Below are positions 47,551-54,935 of a DNA stretch of 64,000 bases, in pieces (the stretch's first letter is position 1; each line of letters starts with the position of its first letter). This DNA comes from a virus. The position numbers and the translations under genes are program-made. The notes below the pieces were generated by a model. It was not told where the DNA came from, made no database searches, and saw nothing but the letters and a program-made list of their open reading frames with translations. The DNA lies in IMG/VR virus record IMGVR_UViG_3300025450_000016, one strand, 5' to 3'.

Positions 47551-47747
47551 TCTTCAACTCCAAAATGTTCTAGAATCATTCTGTTTGACCACTTACCCCA
47601 ATCTTCACTATATTGATTTTTTACCACTTCAGCACATTCTCTCACAATTAACTCGGCAAATAGATCTAATCCTTCTGGATCTGGATTATCTGCTACTCCA
47701 GCCTGCAGAGCAAAATCTTTAATTTGTTTTTTCATAGTCTCAATCAA
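47547..47747 (-). CDS. Small FAELIVREC-family protein, copy 4
   Basis: LFAELIVRECA...ILEHFGVEE. Confidence 0.65.
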   Translation of the reverse strand: MIETMKKQIKDFALQAGVADNPDPEGLDLFAELIVRECAEVVKNQYSEDWGKWSNRMILEHFGVEE

Positions 47748-47930
47748 TTTGCACGTCGACCAAACAACCGTCTCGAAAGATATAGTACATTTCTAAACTG
47801 TAACCACCTCGCGGTACCGAGACCCATACACATCCATTACCCGGTTGCATAGTGTAGTCATCGTAGCCATTGCGACGCATTTCTTCTATTACCACCAGAC
47901 GTTCAAACTCATTTACTTCTTGTACTGCTA

Positions 47931-49187
47931 TCATTTTTCTGCATCTTCATAGTGAGCGTATACACCAAATTCGGGCTCTGCGTTCTTGTTGCCTTTGATA
48001 ATCCAAACAGTATCGCAATACTGCTCAACTTCTTCTGGACTCCAACCAAAGAAACAGTAGTCAGTAAACATAATCAGCTTTTTGGGCTCAATTTGGTTTT
48101 CTTCCAACCACTTCCATACACAATGCGGATCTGTACCGCCGCCGCCACCGGGCACAAACTCTTCGATATTGGCAATGTTATCGCTGGTAAACACTTCGCT
48201 ATTGTGTACTTCGGTATCCCAACCTACCACGTGTATACGATACTCATCGTAACTTTCCATAATACCTTTGATTTCACTTAGGAAGATTTTAAGATCGTTG
48301 TCGGTAATAGAACCCGAAGTATCAATGCCAATTACTACATCAATCTGTTCGCCGGGCTTCATACCGGGCATAACAGCATCCATATGCCAACTCCGACGAC
48401 TTGGGCGAGCCCAGGTAAAGTCACTTTTTACAGTTGACTCAATCTGTTGCTGTAGCAATTCGCGCCAGTTCATAACCGGCTCGCATAGATCGCGAATCAT
48501 ACGCTTGACACCGCCGGGAATATTACCAGCACCTGCAGCATTGGCCGCCGCTAGTACTGCTTCTTTGACTTCGTCGCGGATTGCTTTCTTTTCTTCTTCA
48601 CTCAGTCTAGGGCGGCCGTTGCCGGGTTTGTCTCCATCACCGTCGCCTTCACCATCTTCGCCTTCACCATCCAAGTGTTCGTCCAATAGACGTTTCATCA
48701 ATTCATCAATATTGATCTTGTCAGCATTTTCGTACAAGTCATCGTAGACTTCTTCGGCGCTCATACCTTTGTATTTAGAATCGTAAAGTGCTACAGGAAT
48801 CTTGTCACCAACTCGTTGTTCTACCAAATCCCAGTTTACACAATAGTCATCGGCAATATTCCACAGTTTGGGATCACGATTACCACGACGTCCCATATGA
48901 TCATAGACCGCGTGTAACACTTCGTGGCCTACCAAGAACTCCAACTGTTTGAGTGGTAGTGAGTTTACAAATTCACTATTGTAGTAGAACTTGCGACCAT
49001 CTGTTGCGGCAGTAGGACACCAGCCATCAGCATTGATCAATGTCATACGAGTGGCCAAGTTGCCAAAGAACGGAGCACGAAGTAACAAGCCGATACGTGC
49101 AGTCACCAATTTTTCACGTGCTGACGCATCTACTTTGGGATCTGTTTCTATTACTTTTTTGCTTTTTTCTGCTAGTGTAGTTGACAT
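47931..49187 (-). CDS. Metallopeptidase-like plus VWA domain protein (DUF2201-like)
   Basis: TAATDG, HEVLH, acidic linker, MIDAS IDTSGS, GGGGT, FTD. Confidence 0.85.
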   Translation of the reverse strand: MSTTLAEKSKKVIETDPKVDASAREKLVTARIGLLLRAPFFGNLATRMTLINADGWCPTAATDGRKFYYNSEFVNSLPLKQLEFLVGHEVLHAVYDHMGRRGNRDPKLWNIADDYCVNWDLVEQRVGDKIPVALYDSKYKGMSAEEVYDDLYENADKINIDELMKRLLDEHLDGEGEDGEGDGDGDKPGNGRPRLSEEEKKAIRDEVKEAVLAAANAAGAGNIPGGVKRMIRDLCEPVMNWRELLQQQIESTVKSDFTWARPSRRSWHMDAVMPGMKPGEQIDVVIGIDTSGSITDNDLKIFLSEIKGIMESYDEYRIHVVGWDTEVHNSEVFTSDNIANIEEFVPGGGGGTDPHCVWKWLEENQIEPKKLIMFTDYCFFGWSPEEVEQYCDTVWIIKGNKNAEPEFGVYAHYEDAEK

Positions 49188-49211
49188 AGTCGCTCCTTAA
49201 CTTATGTATAT

Positions 49212-49257
49212 ATTATAGCATTTTGATCATTATGTGTCTGTGGCTTTTTTGCCACAG
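49212..49257 (-). promoter_or_regulatory. Non-canonical promoter with palindromic box
   Basis: CTGTGGC-A6-GCCACAG overlapping CAGACA-17 nt-TATAAT on - strand. Confidence 0.6.
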
Positions 49258-49260
49258 TTT

Positions 49261-49551
49261 TTAGCCCCACTGTAGCATAACCGCACTTAAAGTGGCATCA
49301 TCTTTGAGGTACAATCTCAAATTATTAAACTCTGTGTCCCAGGACCAAACTCGGTCTGATTCCATCTTTGTTTTCCCGGGAACCATTCGAATAAACCCAA
49401 GCTCGGAACTGGGTCCAAATACCGACCAACACCATTCGCGCCAGCCTTTAAACTCTTCGATTCTTTCATCCTTGCCGATAACATTAGGCTCTATTACATA
49501 TTTGAATATCATATGACCGTTATATCTGCGATCTAGTTTAGTGACTTTCAT
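49261..49551 (-). CDS. Hypothetical protein
   Basis: Start taken as MKVTKLDRR after GGA RBS. Confidence 0.55.
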   Translation of the reverse strand: MKVTKLDRRYNGHMIFKYVIEPNVIGKDERIEEFKGWREWCWSVFGPSSELGFIRMVPGKTKMESDRVWSWDTEFNNLRLYLKDDATLSAVMLQWG

Positions 49552-49804
49552 TGTATTTCCTTGCCCTTGCGGCGAACACATCGTTGGCCCGTGCAACTGT
49601 GTCATAACTTGTAGAAACTGGCGCTGATACGGTAACAGAGCCTTGGCGTTCTTCTTGACAGATCTTTTCATCGTGTATGACCCTTGCTATTTTACAGTCT
49701 TGATTGGCCACAGCACTGACAGCGTGATCGGTTAGGCCCTTGCCAGTGGTTTCATACGTGACTACACTGGAAATACCCAGCACAAGAATGATAGTTTCTA
49801 GCAT
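49538..49804 (-). CDS. Hypothetical protein, possibly exported
   Basis: N-terminal hydrophobic segment; TTGKGLTDHA.S....DC motif. Confidence 0.5.
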   Translation of the reverse strand: MLETIILVLGISSVVTYETTGKGLTDHAVSAVANQDCKIARVIHDEKICQEERQGSVTVSAPVSTSYDTVARANDVFAARARKYNESH

Positions 49805-49859
49805 AAGAATAAGGAGGACTTACGGCTTGCACCTGCCCCCTGCCTGTGACAGCAACCGT

Positions 49860-50966
49860 TTACTTACCGCCTGCGGCAATAATGTACTTGCCGTAGCGTT
49901 TATGGAACTCATCAAAGTTCTTGAGCTTACCTGGTACTAAGGGCAAGTTATAAGTGGTCAATGCAACTCTAGCACCCATAACAACCAACTCAGTACTGAA
50001 ATTATCCATCATAAAGCGGAAGAAACAATCGGCCATTTTGTGCCATTCTTCAACTTTAGATTTGCCCAATTTGGCATAGGCGTCTTGTAATTCGTAGCAC
50101 ATAGATACTGTCAACGAATACATAGCCGACACTTCTTTGACTTCTAATTCCTTGACCTTGCCACTCAAAATATCACTTGGATTAGGCATACGGCTAGCGT
50201 GTTTACGATGAGCCATAAACTTCACTGCCAAGCCATCGCCTACAGTACCCGAAATCAAATCACTTAATTCAGCATCTGTGGCATCTTCGTCGTACAAGAA
50301 CTCTGACACGAAACTCCAAGAGCGTGGTGTAGCAAAAGCACGTGAGCTTGAACGTGGGTTAAAGTCCATCAAGTCTTGCTTGGCAAAACCAATGTAACCT
50401 ACCACGTCTTTGTGTACACGATTAGCCACAGCCCACTCGTTCCAACTATCATAGTCAGCACGTACTTCTAGGTGTACAAAACGATTGCTCAAGGGCATTG
50501 GCATACGGAATGAAACACCTTTGTCTGATTCGCGATTACCTGCGGCAACAATAACTACGTTTTCTGGCAAATGATACTTGCCAAGACGACGATTGAGAAT
50601 CAGCTGATATGCCGCGGCTTGTACAGCCGGTGCCGCCACGTTCATCTCGTCCAAGAACAAGACCACTACCGGATACTCTCGGCTCATTTCTTCTGTTGGC
50701 AAATCAACAGGTTCAGCCCAATCCATCTTGCCTGAATCTTTGTTATAGAATGGAATACCACGCAAATCTGTCGGCTCCATTTGACCCAAACGCAGGTCGA
50801 TACAATGACCGCCCAATTCACTGGCCAAACCAGCAACCAACTCTGATTTACCAATACCGGGAGGACCCCAGATAAAAACAGGACGTTTTACTTTGAACGC
50901 ACGAAGCAAACGGCTACGACATTCGCTTGGCGTTACGGTACGATTTTCACTTACTTGACTCATCAC
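49860..50966 (-). CDS. MoxR-like AAA+ ATPase
   Basis: GPPGIGKS, LFLDEMN, AAGN, NRF, TPRSW; upstream of the VWA partner. Confidence 0.88.
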   Translation of the reverse strand: MMSQVSENRTVTPSECRSRLLRAFKVKRPVFIWGPPGIGKSELVAGLASELGGHCIDLRLGQMEPTDLRGIPFYNKDSGKMDWAEPVDLPTEEMSREYPVVVLFLDEMNVAAPAVQAAAYQLILNRRLGKYHLPENVVIVAAGNRESDKGVSFRMPMPLSNRFVHLEVRADYDSWNEWAVANRVHKDVVGYIGFAKQDLMDFNPRSSSRAFATPRSWSFVSEFLYDEDATDAELSDLISGTVGDGLAVKFMAHRKHASRMPNPSDILSGKVKELEVKEVSAMYSLTVSMCYELQDAYAKLGKSKVEEWHKMADCFFRFMMDNFSTELVVMGARVALTTYNLPLVPGKLKNFDEFHKRYGKYIIAAGGK

Positions 50967-50997
50967 AGGCTCCTAAAAATTTAACTACTGAAACTAC

Positions 50998-51043
50998 ATT
51001 ATACATTATTGACAATTATTTGTCTGTTGTTTTTTAGCAAAAG
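50998..51043 (-). promoter_or_regulatory. Non-canonical promoter with degenerate palindromic box
   Basis: TTGCT-A5-ACAACAG overlapping CAGACA-17 nt-TATAAT. Confidence 0.55.
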
Positions 51044-51044
51044 A

Positions 51045-51076
51045 TGCTGGTTTTTATTTAGAGTCAAAAACCAGCA
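51045..51076. terminator. 11-bp inverted repeat, possible intrinsic terminator
   Basis: TGCTGGTTTTT / AAAAACCAGCA. Confidence 0.45.
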
Positions 51077-51082
51077 AAAAGT

Positions 51083-51140
51083 GACCGCAAGTTTCTGGGG
51101 TATCAAGGCTCCCCAAGGATCGCACGACCCCATTACAGCC
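51083..51140 (-). ncRNA. Candidate three-way-junction RNA
   Basis: On - strand GGCUGUAA/UUGCGGUC closing stem, GGGUC/GAUCC and UGGGG/CCCCA hairpins; G-U pairs only work on - strand. Confidence 0.4.
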
Positions 51141-51323
51141 TTAAACCAATTCCGCTTGCAAAATATCAACCACTTCAGCGAACGATACCTGCGCTTCGCT
51201 AGCAATATAGTCAATATCTTCAGCGGTAAAATCTGCCATTGAAGAATATTTAAATTGTTTTACCAACAACTGAGCAATACGTTCAACTTCTTTAACTGGA
51301 TTATATTTAGGCATAACCACTCC

Positions 51324-51587
51324 TTATCTTGAAAGATTCATTATACGACCTTGGAACTCACTGAAGTCCACACGCCAAGGCACAAACATTTCGATACCGA
51401 CGCGACCTTTATCTTCTGCATCGCTCCAACTATCTTTGGTAACTACAATCTTGTAGGCTTGAAAACCCATTTCAGTATTGTGGGCATCAACGACACGACC
51501 TTCAATAAAACAGTCTTCGCGGCCCAACATTGGCTTGAAGTCATATGCACGAATTGTATCACCTTCAACCACTGTTAATCCAATCAT
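51324..51587 (-). CDS. Hypothetical early protein (SH3-like beta pattern)
   Basis: AAGGAG RBS; TAGACC-17-TATAAT promoter at 51617-45. Confidence 0.6.
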   Translation of the reverse strand: MIGLTVVEGDTIRAYDFKPMLGREDCFIEGRVVDAHNTEMGFQAYKIVVTKDSWSDAEDKGRVGIEMFVPWRVDFSEFQGRIMNLSR

Positions 51588-51706
51588 TTTTGCTCCTTGT
51601 TATTCACTATACAAGTATTATAGCATTTTGGCTATTTTGGGTCTACCAGAATATTAAGTGCTGTAAGTCGTTGATTTTATTGGATTTTTTACAGCAGAAT
51701 GGCAGT

Positions 51707-52855
51707 CTACGGGCGGCGAAACAGGTAAATTCCTTCGCTTTTATAGGCTTTTTCCAACTTGCCGTTGCCAACTCCCGGGCGGACGTTTAACAGCATATCT
51801 ATCTGCTCTATGTATTGGAATCCTACCTTTTCACTTAGAGCTTTCCAGCGATCCACAATAGCAAACGATTCTTTACCGTTTTTGTAGTCAGCAATATTGA
51901 CAGCGTAGATTGAATCTGGCGCCAGGGCCCGGTGAATCATTTTGAGTGTGGGTGCCACATAACCTTCAAACCACGCATCCAAGTTGTTGTACCTGTTCAT
52001 ACACTGAGTGGGCTCGTCGGTATAGGTTTCCAAGTTAAAGTAGGGCGGACTTGAAAATGCCGCATCGTAGGTACCTGGTTCGGGATCAAATTCTTCACTG
52101 GGCATACAATTCATACTGAATCCACTGCCTTGGCCTTCTTCAGTCAACAGCTCGCCCAGAGCTTGGAGACCTTGAAAAGTTCTAGTATTGGGATCAATGC
52201 CGGTATAATTGTATGCCATACGGCTGGTCATTGCCCCCATCATACGTCCGCCGTAACCCGAACTAAAGTCTAACACATTGCCCCACATAGTAGGACAGAT
52301 ATATTCCCAAACAGCACGAGCATTCATTGGCTTGAAGTTTTGTATAGTGCCGCCGTTAACCAGTTCCAACGCACGACGCAGATTTTTAGGTATAACGCTG
52401 TCCTTGCCTTCGTCACGATGCACATAACACAGTTTAATAGCACGTTTGAGTTTATTGTCGTGGTTGAAACGAGCTTTCATACTCACAGTTGCGTTGTCGT
52501 TCCATTTTGCATCTTGCATATTAGGAAACCAAAAACGTCCCAGTGGTAGTCCATCATTGTTACCCACGCCTAATTGACGGTTGACCACACTTTTATTTGC
52601 ACGAGCTACCTCACGTATCTGTTCTCTGCATCCATCTAGATCAAAGTAAGTGATAGGTACACGATTGATGCTTCGGTATATATCAAACACTTCTTGCTGA
52701 ATAGCTTCGCGACCAGCTTCATCTGCAGCCAGCCAGCGTTCCTTGCTGAGTGCTCGCAACTGTGGCAGGACTGATTCGTATCCGGTGCATACGGCAGAAG
52801 TGGGGGTGTAACCCCACTCCTGACATAATTGCTGATAGTATTGGTTAAGTATCAT
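51707..52855 (-). CDS. Amino (N4-C/N6-A) DNA methyltransferase
   Basis: Motif I LDFSSGYGGR, GIDPN, motif IV FSSPPYF. Confidence 0.82.
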   Translation of the reverse strand: MILNQYYQQLCQEWGYTPTSAVCTGYESVLPQLRALSKERWLAADEAGREAIQQEVFDIYRSINRVPITYFDLDGCREQIREVARANKSVVNRQLGVGNNDGLPLGRFWFPNMQDAKWNDNATVSMKARFNHDNKLKRAIKLCYVHRDEGKDSVIPKNLRRALELVNGGTIQNFKPMNARAVWEYICPTMWGNVLDFSSGYGGRMMGAMTSRMAYNYTGIDPNTRTFQGLQALGELLTEEGQGSGFSMNCMPSEEFDPEPGTYDAAFSSPPYFNLETYTDEPTQCMNRYNNLDAWFEGYVAPTLKMIHRALAPDSIYAVNIADYKNGKESFAIVDRWKALSEKVGFQYIEQIDMLLNVRPGVGNGKLEKAYKSEGIYLFRRP

Positions 52856-53301
52856 TTACCGGTCATTTTAAACAGTTCATCAAACATATCAACAGCCGAC
52901 ATAGATGTTTTACCTTTATCGTCTCTACCGGGAGTATCTCGATGACCGTTATAATCACCTTGACGCATACCTTTTTCTTGGTGACAATTCAAACATAGTT
53001 CTTGCAAATTAGCAGGGTCATTGTTAGTACTATCACCATCGATATGATCAATATGAAACTTACCACGCACATCACTTATCAAAGAATGATCTGTTGCACA
53101 AGGAAATCCTAAATGTCCAGATTGATTCTTACAGGCATTTTGTTTATAAGGTGCCACACCCCAAGGTAAAGCGGCGCCGGTATAACTAGCAATATGACAA
53201 TTACCGCAGTACACTCTATATCGTACACCCGGTACCCCAACACGACCTTTGATAGGAGTACAAGGTTTTCCGCATCCAGGGTTTATACAAGTTGGTCTCA
53301 T
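52852..53301 (-). CDS. HNH endonuclease-like protein with Zn-binding Cys pairs
   Basis: HIDHIDGDSTNNDPANLQELCLNCH. Confidence 0.8.
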   Translation of the reverse strand: MRPTCINPGCGKPCTPIKGRVGVPGVRYRVYCGNCHIASYTGAALPWGVAPYKQNACKNQSGHLGFPCATDHSLISDVRGKFHIDHIDGDSTNNDPANLQELCLNCHQEKGMRQGDYNGHRDTPGRDDKGKTSMSAVDMFDELFKMTGK

Positions 53302-53660
53302 ACTTCCTCCGTAAAATATTTAATTGTTGGCAACTCTTCAATTTCATAGTTGATCCAACCTCTAATTTGTTCCAGTGTTATATCTTCCATTAACCATTCG
53401 TATTTGGTATTTCTAGATCCAACAACCAGGTGATCACTAAAAACTGTTTTGATACGTGACTCTAAAGTTTTAATTACTCGGCTAGGACCGGTCCACAAAT
53501 CACAAAATACTACTCGGTGTCCGTTTGCACCTTCGTACTTGATAGCCCGCCTAACATAGTTGGAAGTGATACCAAAGCAAATGCGAGTCGCAATGGTACC
53601 GTCTTCCAATATGATCTGCTTGGTCCAAAGATACAACCACGCCTGATCAGATACCGACAT
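53298..53660 (-). CDS. GIY-YIG/T5orf172-like protein
   Basis: WLYLW...CFGITSN..RR...Y...LE.......EW pattern; start taken as MSVSD. Confidence 0.5.
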   Translation of the reverse strand: MSVSDQAWLYLWTKQIILEDGTIATRICFGITSNYVRRAIKYEGANGHRVVFCDLWTGPSRVIKTLESRIKTVFSDHLVVGSRNTKYEWLMEDITLEQIRGWINYEIEELPTIKYFTEEV

Positions 53661-54816
53661 AAAGCACCATATCGTTGATTGCTGGTGCTGCCAATGTGCC
53701 GCCACAGTTTTTGTAATCAAGAATCAGAATCGGGGTCAAGCAACGGTCGGACCAGCTTTCTTTCAGCTTTTGTTTTTTCTGAAACTTTTTCAATCGTGAC
53801 TTGCAGTCTTCGTGGAATGCTTTGGGTGTTCCGTAATTGTGTTGTACGTGTCGGAACAAGTCGGCTTCAAATGCAGGAGTAATGACAAATCCTGTGTCAC
53901 GTGCTTCGGCAGCCAACCTACCAAACGCCAAAATAAAGCCGCCGTCTACGCCGTCCTCGTGTGGGAAATAGGTATCGTGCCATTTGAGTGCCCAGTCCAA
54001 ATTGTCAAGGCCATCTTCAAAGTCCTGATTGTTTTGAGTACCGTGTCCAGCAATATTATTGATACCAGCAATGTATGTGATCATACCGGGCTTTTTCTTT
54101 TGACCTTGTGCGCTGGGTGCCGGATACATATTGTTACGTTCTAACACTTCTTGTATTTTTAAACTTTGCACATCTTCACGCAGAGTAGAACCGTACAAGC
54201 GAACACCGTTAACACGCGAGCGGTGTGTCCAATACTGTCCAATTGGCTTGCGACCGTTGCCACCAAGTCTACGGAAACCATAGTTGCCTACTGCTTCGCC
54301 AGTTAAAGTTGATCCCGGTATTGTCAAATCGTCATCGACTACTTTGCATTGAATTTTAGTACCCGGAGCAATTAAACCAAAATGTAACATCACTGCAAAT
54401 GCACTACCACTCTGTTGCCCCTCCCAGGAACTGTAACGCCCAGTTTCTTTGATGTAGATAACATTAAGTGGTTGCATAACACGTGGATCAAACAGTTCAA
54501 TAATGTTGTCGGCGATGTGTGCGATTTCAATACCGCGTTGGATATCGACGTTGAAGTCAATCAGGTCCACGTCGATTTCCATAAGACGCCCAAAGTGTGC
54601 CTGTGTATACACATTGCTCTTGAGACGTTTTTTAAGATTCTGTATGCTTGCAATTATTCTTGGATCGCTGATCAATGGAGCGATGCGAGTTGGCATATCC
54701 ACGTACTTGGTTTGTGGTGTGCTTAACAATTGATTTTGGATTGCCGCAATTGGTGCATATGGATTTGGTCCGCGGTTGACCGTGCGTGGTACTACTAGAT
54801 GTGAGGCATTTTTCAT
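53647..54816 (-). CDS. ParB/Srx-like (DndB/DGQHR-related) domain protein
   Basis: IQR...I...FDP....P......WEGQQS resembles the QR...DGQHR signature; inferred. Confidence 0.45.
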   Translation of the reverse strand: MKNASHLVVPRTVNRGPNPYAPIAAIQNQLLSTPQTKYVDMPTRIAPLISDPRIIASIQNLKKRLKSNVYTQAHFGRLMEIDVDLIDFNVDIQRGIEIAHIADNIIELFDPRVMQPLNVIYIKETGRYSSWEGQQSGSAFAVMLHFGLIAPGTKIQCKVVDDDLTIPGSTLTGEAVGNYGFRRLGGNGRKPIGQYWTHRSRVNGVRLYGSTLREDVQSLKIQEVLERNNMYPAPSAQGQKKKPGMITYIAGINNIAGHGTQNNQDFEDGLDNLDWALKWHDTYFPHEDGVDGGFILAFGRLAAEARDTGFVITPAFEADLFRHVQHNYGTPKAFHEDCKSRLKKFQKKQKLKESWSDRCLTPILILDYKNCGGTLAAPAINDMVLYVGI

Positions 54817-54888
54817 TTTAAGTTTCCTTAATTAAACTCCGTAGAGTTGATTTATAAAATACTGTACGCACTCGCATACAGTCAAAAC

Positions 54889-54934
54889 AGTATAAACTAA
54901 AGAAACTTAAAAGTCTGTCGCTTTTTTACAACAG
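54889..54934 (-). promoter_or_regulatory. Non-canonical promoter with palindromic box
   Basis: CTGTTGT-A6-GCGACAG overlapping CAGACT-17 nt-TATACT. Confidence 0.55.
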
Positions 54935-54935
54935 A

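Larger units (their letters stand above)
44829..47660. repeat. Dispersed direct repeats in the small-gene array
   Basis: TCATTCTTCAACTCC(G/A)AA at 44829, 47132 and 47547; AACTCGGC(G/A)AA-containing repeat at about 44939, 46849, 47265 and 47645. Confidence 0.8.

Noticed and set aside
51083-51140. Hammerhead ribozyme
   Set aside because: GAAAC is present but the CUGANGA core is absent
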